The notes beneath the pieces were generated by a model that searched no databases, had not been told where the DNA came from, and saw only the letters and a list, made by a program, of their open reading frames with translations. A DNA stretch of 44,861 nt, from assembly GCF_006345805.1 (NCBI RefSeq), contig NW_021834861.1, positions 1 to 44,861 on the forward strand. Direction: 5' to 3'. Each line of letters starts with the position of its first letter. The stretch's first letter is position 1. Positions 24,801-37,187 of this stretch are shown here, one piece after another. This stretch comes from Octopus sinensis. Its lineage: Eukaryota. A program made the position numbers and the translations under genes.

Positions 24801-27800
24801 TTCAAAGACATAACTAAATTGAAACCTTCATTTATCTATCATCACTACAGCTGTTGTAGAATAGAATTGTTCGGCTGTACTCAATGCATGAAGTGTCATT
24901 GTTGGGGTGCCAAGGCTCAATCTAGAGCCATCCGCGGGAGTTTGCTAGTAATAATAATACGATTTAATATTTTCTAACGGAAACTGTAGCCTCGAGTAGG
25001 GTAGCAAGTTTGTAAGAAAGTCGTTTAAATCCACATTAAGAGATGATTCAACATAGAAATGCAGTAATCGAGTTCACGACCTGAGCATTAGAGCATTTTA
25101 GTGCATTAACGTTGTGGTACCCACATCTAAAATGTTTTTTACATTTTCATAAAATGCTTCATTGGCATGAGTAGTTGTCATCAAGGACCTTCTGAAACAC
25201 ATGATACTGATTTGTTCAACAGATATTTCATTTTTTGTCACGGGGACCCAATATAGAAGCGGCAGCACAAGGACAGAATTTTCTTTATTTGGCACCACGG
25301 CCACAATACAGGTGGGGAGCAGTACAAGAACAGACATAACACCACAATGGGAATATAAAACATAAAACGGATGAGAATGAAATGTTATATAAGAAAAAAA
25401 AAGGAAAATGAAATGGCTGCATGGGCCCCATTCCCATGCAGTACCATTTGAACGTTTATACACACTATTTACAATCGTTCTATTTTCTATTGTTTTTTCT
25501 TAATCATCTTTTTTTTCTTTTTTGTTTTCCATTGAACACATTTACTTTTTCCTTTTTTTCTTTCAACAAAACAATTTTACTTTTTCCCATTTTATATCTG
25601 ATGAAAGGCTCCACGTCTCTGAGTTCAAGTACGGGTGGCAGTTCATCGAACTCCACCAACACTCCGGGCGGATCAATCTTGTTTCCGAACATATCTACTT
25701 GTCTATTGTATGTGTCTTTGTCGACCACAATGGGCTTTATATTTTCTTAATAATATCAGTGGCAAATTCACACTTGTGATGGGTCCTGTTTAAACAGGGG
25801 CTCATTGTTTTGAACACTTTGTCGCAGTTCTTCCATTTTATCCCGTTTCTTACAAAATATCTGTTCATTTATCCAGTGTCTCTTTGACTAGGTTAACCCC
25901 CAGAAGACTTGGTTGTAAAAAAAAATTGTTCAAGCTTTCCTTCCTTCATCCTAGCATTTTGCCAGACGTAGTCTTCGCAATGTAATGCGACATTATAATC
26001 GATACGGTTCAGTATGAAGGAATTCGATTGTTATTTCTAGCATGTGACAAACCACGGTAATGTTCCGTCTTCGGTTCGATTGCTATTTTTGTACCATCTT
26101 TGAATTTCTACTCTACTCAACAATTCTATACAATATTCCTATTTTTCTTTCGCCTACAGCTAGTGAATTCGCATCCATATAGTAGGGGCTAGAGTTAAAA
26201 TGAAGTACACATGCTGGAAACTCCAGGTAAGCCTTCAACGTACTTCAAGCAGACTCTGGGAACGTGTTCCTTGAGCCAGATTTAACTTAGACCCCACGGT
26301 TTAAATATAAACGTTTCAAATTTTCTTTTTCAATCAAGCAAATTGACAATCCGCGCATTTAGTGTTTTGCTTAATCAATCATCTGTATTGTCTCTTTTGG
26401 AAAAGAGCTCAAAGGAAATTCATGACAAAATGAAGCAATCGGTCCTTTTCATTGTTATATCTTTAAACATCGTTAAAACATATTTTTCTGAAATATTGGA
26501 AAATATTTCAAGGTATTGTACAGCAGAACTGAGAGCAAGATGTAACTATAATCTCAGTTAAACGCAAGCAAGTCACTAAAATTCCCTTATAGATTTATCC
26601 GTTATTTGAATGTAATTCTGTGAAATTAATTTCGTGTTGTACATAAAACTACCTTTTTGTTATAGAATTAGGACTTTTGATTAAACGACTGATAAGGCAA
26701 ATCCCAGTAAAATTTAATTGTAATCTATAAATTTCATATTATTTTGGTTATAAGAACTTTAGTTTTTTTCAATGATTGTATTGACATTGCCGTTTGATAT
26801 GATGCGATTATTGCTCAATATCTTATTTGCAGATGAAATACTTGTTGGAAAATAAATACAAACAATTATTACAGTCGGATCGACCAATCACTTCATTGAC
26901 CGATGTGTTACCTACACAGTAGGAAAACCAAATTTTAAGGAATATGCAACAAATTCGTAAAATGGTGAACAATGCTTCAGCCTGCAAGTCTTCTTGATTT
27001 TCCAGTCTAGTGGTGGCACTGGTTCGGGATTTGTAGCTTTTTTTAATGATGCATCTGGTAGCAGACTTCAAGGACATAACTAAATTGAAACCTTCAGTTT
27101 ATCTATCATCACTACAGCTGTGTTGTAGAATAGAATTGTTCGGCTGTACTCAATGCATGAAGTGTCATTGTTGGGGTGCCAAGGCTCAATCTAGAGCCTC
27201 CTCCGCGGGAGTTTGCTAGTAAATAATACGATTTAATATTTTCTAACGGAAACTGTAGCCTCGAGTAGGGTAGCAAGTTTGTAAGAAAGTCGTTTAAATC
27301 CACATTAAGAGATGATTCAACATAGAAATGCAGTAATCGAGTTCACGACCTGAGCAATTAGAGCATTTTAGTGCATTAACGTTGTGTACCCAAAATCTAA
27401 AATGTTTTTTACATATTTCATAAAATGCTTCATGGGCAATTAGAATAGTCTAGATTGGCATGAGTAGTTGTCATCAAGGACCTTCTGAAACACATGATAC
27501 TGATTTGGTTCAACAGATATTTCATTTTTGGTCACGGGGACCCAATATAGAAGCGGCAGCACAAGACAGAATTTTCTTTATTTGGCACCACGGCCACAAA
27601 CAGGTGGGGAGCAGTACAAGAACAGACATAACACCACAATGGGAATATAAAACATAAAACGGATGAGAATGAAATGTTATAGAAAAAAAAAAAGGAAAAT
27701 GAAATGGCTGCATGTGCCCCATTCCCATGCAGTACCATTTGAACGTTTATACACACTATTTACAATCGTTCTATTTTTCTATTGTTTTTTCTTAATCATC

Positions 27801-28069
27801 TTTTTTTTCTTTTGTTTTCCATTGAAACACATTTACTTTTTCCTTTTTTTCTTTCAACAAAACAATTTTACTTTTTCCCATTTTATATCTGATGAAAGGC
27901 TCCACGTCTCTGAGTTCCAAGTACGGGTGGCAGTTCATCGAACTCCACCACACTCCGGGCGGATCAATCTTGTTTCCGAACATATCTATTGTCTATTGTA
28001 TGTGTCTTTGTCGACCACAATGGGCTTTATATTTTCGTAATATATATCAGTGGGAAATTCACACTTGGA

Positions 28070-29188
28070 TGGGTCCTGGTTAAACAGGGGCTCATTGTTT
28101 TGAACACTTTGTCGCAGTTCTTCCATTTTGTATCCCGTTTCTTACAAAATATCTGTTCATTTATCCAGTGTCTCTGTTCGGCTTTCGCAGAAGACAATTG
28201 CTGAGATCTCTTTAAGATCACTTAGCTTTCAATTTCACAGAGAGGTAAATTTTAGGATTCATTTCCAATTCTGGATGAAGAATATCCTCGCTGAGTCTCT
28301 TGATATTTTTCCCAAAGAGTAACTGGTTTGAAATTTCTTAGGCGGCAATAATTACTGCAAACAGATCTCTGGCTTGATTTGGAGAAATTGTTGCAGTTGC
28401 TTCCTCCAGAGTCATATTCTAATGATGATCATCTTCTGTAAGGCTAATCTCGATACATACTTGTATGTCTCTTGACAACCCCATCAATTGTTCTCAAGTC
28501 TTGAAATGATGTTGGGTCGCTCATGTAATAAAGCAACAGTCTGAGAAAGAAGCATTCAGGATTTCTTGGATAGACTATATATACTCTTCCAAGTACATCT
28601 CCCATTTTCATTCCAGATTCGGTTGGATGAGGTTCTTGCTTTTTCCTCTGCAATTTTCCAACCTTTGTAGGTGTAGGATTTGTAAACTTCAGGGTAGAGG
28701 ATTCTTCTTGCAAAGTCATCACAGTTCGAAAAATGCCTTTTAGTGTTATGTTCGTAGTAGTTTCAGTCAGTTCTCTTGCATTTTCTTCTATGAAGTAAAC
28801 TCTTTGTTCATTTTCCAAGTGAACTGACAGGTGCTGAAATGAAGGACTTCGGCCATAAATTGGAAAGCTAAGGATTGTCCAGGCGGCCTCAATGGAAGAG
28901 ATGTATCCGCCTATTTGAAATTTTTGTATTTTATTTTCATTTTCCAGACCAGATACTGCTTGATCAATTCCCTTGTTAATGCATTTACATACTTATTTAA
29001 TTGACTTGCTACTGTTGCAGTACTCTACATTTATGTGAGTACCAAATGCTTTGCCGAGTGGTGGGCAGAAAAGAAATAACCCACCGATTGTCAATGACAA
29101 TTACTTGTCCTCTTTTGTTCAGAGTGGAAGTGTGACCCCCTTCTGGCTTTCTTGTATTTCGTATAGCCATCGAGATCAGACTGTCTCT
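28070..29188 (-). mobile_element. Helitron Rep/Helicase fragment (Rep C-terminus to pre-helicase region)
   Basis: IDNRWV..HINVEYCNS..KSIK..INKGIDQA..YISSIEAAWTILSFPI..LSVHLENEQRVYF..LGRVYIVYPRNPECFFLRLLL..PTSFQDLRTIDG..ETGYKMEELRQSVQNNEPLFNQD. Confidence 0.93.
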
Positions 29189-30697
29189 TTGCTTCATTTT
29201 GTCATGAATTTCCTTTGAGCGCTTTTCCAAAAGAGACAATACAAATGATTGATTAAGCAAATCATTAAATGCGCGGATTGTCAATTAGCTTAAGTGAAAA
29301 AGAAAATTTGAAACGTTTATACTTGACAACCGTGGGTTCTAAGTTAAATGTGGCTCTGGGAACGTTTCTCAGAATCAAACTACTTAAAGTACGTTGAGGC
29401 CTTACTTGGGGCAATATAGTTTCCAACAGGAGTTCCCTATTTGAATACCCGCTTGTCCAATGTGGATACAAATTCACTAGCTGTAGACGAAAGAAAAATA
29501 GGAATATTGTATAGAATGGTTTGACTAGAAACTCAAAAGATGGTACAAAAATAGCAATCGAACCGAAGACGGGGCATTACCGTGGTTTGTCACCTGCTAG
29601 AAATAACAGTTGAATTCCTTCATACTGAACCGTATCGATTATAATGTCGCATTACATTGCGAAGACTACGTCTGGCAAAATGCTAGGATGAAGGAAGGAA
29701 AGCTTGAACAATTTTTTTTTTACAACCAAGTCTTCTGGGGGTTAACCTAGTCAAAAGTAACAAAAAAAAAAAAAAAAATCAGGACATTTACGATGGTTCT
29801 TCCGAGAATTGAAATAGCTGATACACGTCTCCCCTCCGAGACCTAAACGATAACAGCACAAAAATCTTTACAAATTCAAGTGAATTATTCAGCACACACA
29901 ATTATTTTAAGCAATATTCATGCATAGCTGTGCGTTTAAATTTGCAGTTCCATGACTCATTTCAATACCACTTCAGGACATTTTGAGTAAGTGACTTGTA
30001 GCATAGCTGGGGCTCAGCATTGTAAATGAACTTACTGTTAGCCATGTGGACCCCCTCTTCAAATAAACTCTCTCTGAGTAGAGGATTCATGTGGTGACAA
30101 GGACAGCCATAGGTCTTCCTAGGCATTACATAAAATGGGTTTTAAAAAGATTCCGGAATGAAAAAAGCAACATGTTGCCTTTATTAATGATTTGGATTGT
30201 GGTAACGTTAGAACTAAAAACGGTGAGGTAGACATGGAAAACCTACACCCAGTAAATATTACAATTCCGCAATAAAAAGATTATATTCAATAATGAATGC
30301 TAAAAACAAAAAATTAGTAAAATCTAACAATTTATTTAAATACGAATTTAAGATGTCTCTTTAAATAATGTAATTCTAAAGAAGAGAATTCTGAAGACTA
30401 GAAAATGGTGATGTAAGACAGAATTAAAATTAAGTACCGTTTTGTAAAAAGGTTTTTAATGGTTAAAAGTGAACACGTGACGTGGTAAGGAGCAATAATG
30501 CTTTCAATGGACATCTCTTCGTTGTTAGATTTGAAACCGTATCGCTAAGTTTTGCCATTCTTAGTCGTTGTTGTGTAGCTCCGGATCAAAACGCTTCAAT
30601 AAATTATTTATTCAGCAACAAACCAACAGTAAATATTTTATGTAACGTTTTCAAAAGTTTTGTATAGATTTCCTTTTATATTTTTTCATGCGTTTAC

Positions 30698-30755
<58 letters not shown>

Positions 30756-31051
30756 TTCGGCAATATCGCACAGATCACATTACGACCCAGGGATAATTCA
30801 ATTTTTAAAAAATTACTAAAAGGAATTTACTAAGATTTTAAAAAATGTATAAATATAACAAGTAAAATTAACGGAAACATTTTTCTAAATGAGTACAAAT
30901 ATATTACCATATTCAAAAGTCGATTCCCTCTTTTGTAGTGTAACAGATGCGAATGAAACGATACGAAACTTACCATTGTTATTCTTGTCTTCCTACTACT
31001 CTGCAACCATTGGTCTTAGCGATATAGAGTAATAAAGGCGGCTAGCTAGCA
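29189..31051 (-). repeat. Right arm of ~1.86-kb inverted repeat
   Basis: Reverse complement of 15447-17301. Confidence 0.96.
29323..30976 (-). pseudogene. TUBA: Unprocessed alpha-tubulin pseudogene, copy R: exon 1 ATG 30976-30974, exon 2 29480-29323
   Basis: ICIHIGQAGIQIGNSCWKLYC...VPRATFNLEPTVV|GT, matching [21 protein letters not shown]...VPRAVFVDLEPTVID; ATG|GTAAGT first exon. Confidence 0.92.
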
Positions 31052-31066
31052 GAATCGTTAGCACGC

Positions 31067-32010
31067 ACGCCATGTTTGATGCTTCGTGTCCTTTTTTTTT
31101 TTTTTTCGTCTTTTGTATGTTGAATGGTTAAAGGTTATATTTATTTATTTTATTTATTATTTTTTTTTTTTGTAATTGTTTTGGGTTTTTGCTGTTCGCA
31201 GCGGTGGTGGTTTTTGAAAAATGGCAAGGAGGAACAGGTATTCTGACCTCAATGAGTCGAACCAAAGAAACGATAAAAACTTTTGAAAGGAAAACTATAA
31301 CGTACAAGGTGTTTGCAAATGATAAAAGAAAAATGGCAACAGAATGGAAACCGTAGAGGAGGCATTATGGACAATAGCAGAAAAGGTAATATTCCTGACA
31401 AGAGGGAATAAATACTGTACTGTCGTTGTACTGTTCTAACAGGAGGTAGTCGCTAGGAGGAGGGCATCAAGGACTATCGAAACAGAAAAAGTATTCCTTC
31501 TGCCATTGTATCTGGGAATGAAGACTTCGAGGATCAGGGTGGGAGGAATCCCGCCCCAGATAGAAGCTGAATGGGTAGTGGCAGCCATCCTCATTGACAA
31601 TGAGGTTAAGGTAGATATATTACAGGCCACGATTACGGATGAAGGAAACTGAAAGGAGTATTAGAGATGAGCATCCAGCCGGAACCTAAAGTCCTGGAGC
31701 GCTTAACAGAGGTGATCACGATGAGAGACATAAGTATGCGAGTATGGGTGGAAGGCAAAGCCCCTCGATGCTTTAAATGCGGCCTGAAAGGCCACATAAA
31801 AGCTGTCCTCACCAGCGAAAGAACCAACGAAGGAGCCCGTGAAAGCGATAGAAGGTACCCGGGAGCCGCAAGAGGAACAGAGAAAGTTAGAAGAGAAGAT
31901 GGAAGATAAAACAGTGGGAAACCAATGGTAAAAGGAAGAGAAAAAGAAAGAAGGCAAGTTATAATGAACCACAACGCACCACAGCACTACCCTCTTCGTC
32001 CCACCCTTCC
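31067..32010 (+). mobile_element. Degenerate 5' portion of an ORF1 (RRM-like + CCHC) retroelement, related to 14522-15322
   Basis: T-rich 5' UTR, ATG at 31221, ..LLPLYLGMKTSRIRVGGIPPQIEAEWVVAA..VWVEGKAPRCFKCGLKGHIKA; frameshifts; 3' end missing. Confidence 0.75.
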
Positions 32011-32127
32011 ACCCTTATATACTGAGCTTCGTATATTTTACTCCACTTTGATGGCATGCACTGCTTTCTCAGTAATGGTAATAATGGTTGTAAATTTTTC
32101 TAAAAGTGCAGCAATTTTGGAGGGGAT

Positions 32128-32268
32128 GAGTCCATTACAGCGACCCCAGTGTTCAACTGGTACTTATTTTATCGACCCCGAAAGGATGAAAGGGGGAGTC
32201 GACCTCGGCGGGATTTGAACTCAGAAGCATTTCGTCCAGCGCAGTAACGATTATGTCAGCTCACCGCC
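32128..32268 (-). mobile_element. Degenerate SINE (GGGGTCGATAAAATAAGTACCAG core)
   Basis: Similarity to 36107-36330. Confidence 0.75.
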
Positions 32269-32304
32269 ATCATATAATAATAATTCTAATAATAAGTACT
32301 GCCC

Positions 32305-35300
32305 ACATCCTTAGAAAAACCCTTTAAATATCTGGGAGGTTGTTAAGGATGAGTTACAGGGACGTTATAGAGCGAACCCTGATACTGTGGTAGGTGGACA
32401 TGCAAGGGGAAATGAACCAAGTCGATGAAGAATTGGTTGAAATTCAAAGACGACTGACCGACACGAATGCTCTAGAAGAAAAAAATCTCCATGAATATGA
32501 GAAGGGTAGATAGGAGTATGATAAATAAAGTAACACAAAAGATAAATACTGTCAAACCATACATCCAGGATGAAGACATAACACAAACAAGGAATCTTCT
32601 CCGAGATATTGCGCTACTTGTTGAGGAGAAATTGCAAGTTGAAAGAACAAAAATGGGGGAGCAAAAGAACCATGGTGGAAACGATGCATTAAAATGGATA
32701 TAATGCGGGAAAGGCAAGATCTAGGAAGAATTGAGCAATGGTTAAGAGGAAACTGGAAAAATGGGGAAAAGACCGACCGAGAAAAATTAGAGAAGAAATA
32801 TAAAATACGGAAGAACGGGTTTGATGCAGTAATAGAGTAGTTAAAACAGAGGATCATGGCAAAGAGCCAGAAGATCAGAAGATTTGTGAACAGAAAGAAA
32901 CAGTTCGAGAAGATTGTTAAAAAATAACCCGAATCAATTCTTCCCAACGTTTGAAGGAGACAATGGGGAAAATGTTACTCCTAATGCAAATCAAGCCAAG
33001 GAATTCTGGAGCGGATCATGGGGAAACAATGTGGTGCATAAAAGGGATGCCATGTAAATAGGAACTATCAAGACAGAATTAGAAAGAGGAAAGAAACAGA
33101 GGAATATTGTCATAAGCAAGGGTGATGTGAAAGAACAAGTGGGTAGAGTGCCTAACTGGAAATCCCCCGGATCGGATGGGATTCATGGCTTCTGATTGAA
33201 GAGATGCATGAAAGACTAGCAGCCCAGTTGAATGAGTGTGTCCAGAAAGGTACGGTCCCCCCGTGGATGGTGACTTGTAATGAAATGTAGAAGAAAGGGG
33301 AATATTGTGGGGAAACTACCGTCCGATAGCATACCTAAACATAATCTGGAAGATACTCACTGGAATATGTGCGGCAAAGACATATACTTTCTGGGCACAG
33401 GAAGAAATACTACCAAGAGAACTGAAAGGATGTAGGAAGAGTTCTCAGGGTTCCAAGGATCACCTGGTCATCGATAAAACAGTTTCGAGGCATTGTAAAA
33501 AACTTCAGACAAACATGTCTATGGCTTGGATTGACTTTAAGAAGGCATATGATATGATGCCTCATTCTTGGATCGTTGAATGCCTGCAGATGTTTGGTGT
33601 TGCTGACAACATCACAAATTTTCTGATGCATAGCGTGAAAGAGTGGAAAACTAAATTATAATGTATTCCTTGGAGAAGTTAATATTAAAAGGTGACTCTT
33701 CTAAAGTGACTCGTTTTCTTCATTACTTTTTGTAATTGCACCAATACCCATAACAATGACACTTAGGAAAGTTAAGATGGGTTACTGATGTTGGAAGAAA
33801 GGCCCATCATTGAACCATCTTCTGTTTATGGATGACCTGAAATTGTTTGGGAAATCTGAAAAAGATTCCTTAACCAAAACAGTTCAGAAGTATGGTAGGA
33901 GACCATGGTGTGGTATTTGGGATTGGCAAATGCTCAGTACTTAATATGAAAAGGGGGATGAAAGCAGCCTACAGAGGATTGCGATTACCATCAGGAGAGA
34001 TTATGGGTGAACCCGACGGTAGTGGGTTTAGATATTTAAGGATTTTGGAGCTGGATGAGCTTTTACAGAGAAATGAAAGTCAAGGTCAGCGTGGCGTATC
34101 ATAAAAGGGTGAAGATTGTGTTGAAATCCAACCTGAATGCCAAAGCTTTGATTACCGCAATGAATATCTGAGCAGTCGCGGTGGTCAGATATAGTGCGTC
34201 CATCCTCAAATGGACTAAGGAAGATATATCAACACTGGATAGAAGGAGGAGAAATTTGATGACGCTCCATGGAGCGCTTCACCCTAAAGCAAACGTAAAC
34301 GGACTGTATATAAAGAGAGAATGGTGTTAGAGAACTAATTAGTATAGACCATTGAGTAAGGAGTGAAAGGAGAATTCTTGCCGAGTATTTGATAAATAGT
34401 GAAGACCTCTTGCAATATGCCGCGAATCATATGGGTGTAAATGCAGATGAAATGATGGGCAAGGAAGAATTTAACCAAAAGGCTGAGGAGAAGAGAAAAG
34501 AAGACCTTCTTGAAATGAGAATGCATGGACAGTTTGAAAGGAATACATAAGACGTTAAGGATAAAACAGCATGGCTTGAGTGAGGTGATTTGATGTGCAC
34601 CACCGAAAGCCTGATCAGTGCTGCACAAGACCAGGCTTTCTCTGCCAATTCAGTGCAGTATAACATCTATAAAACTTCTGACACCCAGAAATGCAGACTC
34701 TGTGGAAAGAGTGTGGAAAATGTGATCCACTTGGTAAGTGGATGTGAGAGCCTTGCACAAAAAGAATACAAACGCCTCCACGATAAAGTGTGTATCTTCA
34801 TTGGCTCTTATGTCATAAATACCAATATGAAGTAACAGAATTGGTATGAGCTTGTACCAAGTAAAGTTATGCAGGAGGATGGAAAAGTAACGATACTCTA
34901 GGACTGTGATTTTCAAACGGATCATATAATCGAACACCGTCGGTCGGATGTTTTCATATTGAATAAGAGACAAATACTGTCAGTTCATTGATGTAGCCAT
35001 ACCAAATGACATGAATGTTGTGAGTAAAGAGGTTGAAAGAAATCACCAAGTACTCCGAATTGAAAGTGGAAATGGCAAGACTGTATGGAATGCGAGAGGG
35101 TTAATGTAAAAGTGATACCAGTAGTAATCGGAGCGTTGGGCTCAATCTCATTGAATCTTCAAGACTTCTTAAGGCAACTGGAAATCCCATGCAAGATTGA
35201 TGTCTTGCAAAAAGCAGCCTTATTGGGCACAGCGCACAGCGCACATCTTACGGAAAGTATATGTCTAAGGTCCTTGAAAGATGACTAAAGACTCCGGTGC

Positions 35301-35327
35301 ATTTTTACCTACACTATGTTACGAAGG
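32305..35327 (+). mobile_element. 3-kb decayed RLE-type LINE (R4/Dong-like): RT, zinc finger, RLE
   Basis: NWKSPGSDG, NYRPIAYLNIIWK, MAWIDFKKAYDMMPHSWI, HLLFMDDLKLFG, AAQDQA..CRLCGKSVENVIHLVSGC, VIPVVIGALGS; 17-bp TSD AATAATAAGTACTGCCC at 32288 and 35328. Confidence 0.95.
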
Positions 35328-35599
35328 AATAATAAGTACTGCCCGCTACTGTCCCTGCCACTTCCCCTCCCCACGCCTTCAGTCATACTGTAACATCTCT
35401 TATCCTTCACTCGCCCTAGGACGCTGGGTGCGCCTCGGCAAGTGAGTGCAACAAACATGCAGATTAAAAGTAAATAATAATGATTCTTCATTGAATACTA
35501 AGAGTTGGTTCAAAGATCAGAGACGGTATATGACTATACAATACAATATATGATGTGGGTTTTCAAGAATGAATTTAAACAGTAAAATAAATAAAAAAA

Positions 35600-36040
35600 A
35601 TTTAAGCAGCAAAATTCCCCAGAAGGGTGCGAGCTACTCCTGGAAATGCCATAAAACCACGGTCGCCACAAAGCCAACTGTAATCTCCCTATTTTCCTTG
35701 TTCAATCTACGGGGGCATTCTCAAAGCAAGCCCATTCACTCAGGTTATTCTTGTCTCATTCACCCACTTTTCAATTAATTTACTGGAAGGCAGCAGTTAC
35801 CTTTCCATCCTCACCTTTTTCACTTGAAAACTTGAAAAAAATTGATGAGGGCATGGCCAAAGAGTAAACCGTCTTTCTGCAGCCCTTTTCAATCAGGTTC
35901 AACACAAACCTCATTTGCTATGTTTACCAGACAGATAAGCATTTTTTAACCCTTCAGGTCAAAAGAGGGTGCTCCAACCCCAGTTCAGAAAAAGGACATC
36001 TCTGAAAACGCCTTGAGAAATTGAACAAATATAAGGAAAT
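35600..36040 (-). mobile_element. Old L1/Tx1-like ORF2 C-terminal fragment, related to 13912-14262
   Basis: LICLVNIANEV..GHALINFF..KKVRMER.LLPSSKLIEKWVNETR..VNG, parallel to the 13912 translation. Confidence 0.55.
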
Positions 36041-36106
36041 TGAGATAAGAATCAGAAGGATGTAACTTCTCAATGCAACAACGTAACCCATTGTTACACG
36101 GTTACA

Positions 36107-36330
36107 GGCGGCGAGCTGGCAGAAACGTTAGCGCGCCGGGCGAAATGCGTAGCCGTATTTCGTCTGTCGTTACGTTCTAAGTTCAAATTCCGCCGAGGTC
36201 CACTTTGCCTTTCATCCTTTCGGGGTCGATAAATTAAGTACCAGTTACGCACTGGGGTCGATGTAATCGACTTAATACCGTCCTTGTTTGTCCCCTCTGT
36301 CTTTAGCCCCTTGTGGGTAATAAAGAAATA
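36107..36330 (+). mobile_element. Full-length SINE with L1/Tx1-type tail
   Basis: GGCGGCGAGCTGGCAGAAACGTTAG head, GTTCAAATTCC B-box, core GCCTTTCATCCTTTCGGGGTCGATAAATTAAGTACCAG, tail GCCCCTTGTGGGTAATAAAGAAAT. Confidence 0.9.
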
Positions 36331-36337
36331 GGTACTC

Positions 36338-36633
36338 GTGAAAGCGCATGACTCAGTGGTTAGAGCGTTGGGATCACAATCATGAGGTAGTGAGTTCGAT
36401 TCCCGGATCGGGCTGAGTGTTTTTTTTGTTTTCACGTTGCTCCAGTTCACTCAGCCGTATCCGCCTTTGCTTTCCCTTGAAGAACATCGGTGACATGGAG
36501 AGATGAGGCTGGTATGCATGGGTGATTCTTGGTCTTCCATAAACAAACCTTGTCTGGACTTGTGCCTTGGAGGGAGGGAAACTTTCTTGGTGCAATCCCC
36601 TGGTCATTCATCACCAAAGGGAGTCTTTATCCT
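36338..36633 (+). mobile_element. SINE H2+T2
   Basis: Colinear with 9229-9568. Confidence 0.82.
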
Positions 36634-37153
36634 TTTATCGGGGTACTTAGAATGATACTAACATGAACAAAACAAATACAGAGACCTAATTCTTTGCAGC
36701 CCCAAAATAAATTAATAGCAAACGATCGTACTTATTGGTACCTCACATAGTTCATGGCCCAGTAAATTCCTGGCCCAGTAAATGCAAATTAATTCATTCG
36801 GTTGTATCATAAATCGTATTTGTTGAAAACAAACATCAATTTTCCAGTTGCATCAATTTTCACTATTCTTTATTCTTGTTTGTTTGTTTGTTTTATTTCT
36901 TATTTATTTGTTTCAGTCATTAGAGTGCGGTCATGCGGGGGTGGGGGTGGGGGTGGGGGTATATACTAAACCAACCGGAAGTCGGGTAAATAGATGAATT
37001 TTAAATGTAGATCAAAAAGTCGGTGTAGCTCACAAACTACACCATTTGAACTAATGTAGATCACAAGCTATACCAAAAACATGTATGTAGATCACATACT
37101 AAACCGGCACCAATACATATAAATATCCATCTCTCTCTCACATGATATATATA

Positions 37154-37184
<31 letters not shown>

Positions 37185-37187
<3 letters not shown>

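Larger units (their letters stand above)
16748..28178 (+). repeat. Tandem array of 5 x ~2.29 kb (units start ~16748, 19042, 21341, 23619, 25883)
   Basis: GACTAGGTTAACCCCCAGAAG recurs at 16751, 19045, 21344, 23622, 25886; units differ mostly by 1-bp indels; tubulin exon 2 starts at 17021/19315/21613/23891/26160 and exon 3 at 17705/19998/22296/24567/26833. Confidence 0.97.

Noticed and set aside
16748-28178. CRISPR array or functional tandem gene cluster
   Set aside because: Eukaryotic 2.3-kb units with no spacers; tubulin frames have stops and frameshifts; the hydrophobic ORFs come from T-rich UTR sequence
15447-31051. Giant TIR transposon (Polinton/foldback) interpretation of the inverted repeat
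   Set aside because: Arms contain tubulin exon/intron structure, end inside a SINE, have no TSD, and no integrase, polB or transposase lies between them
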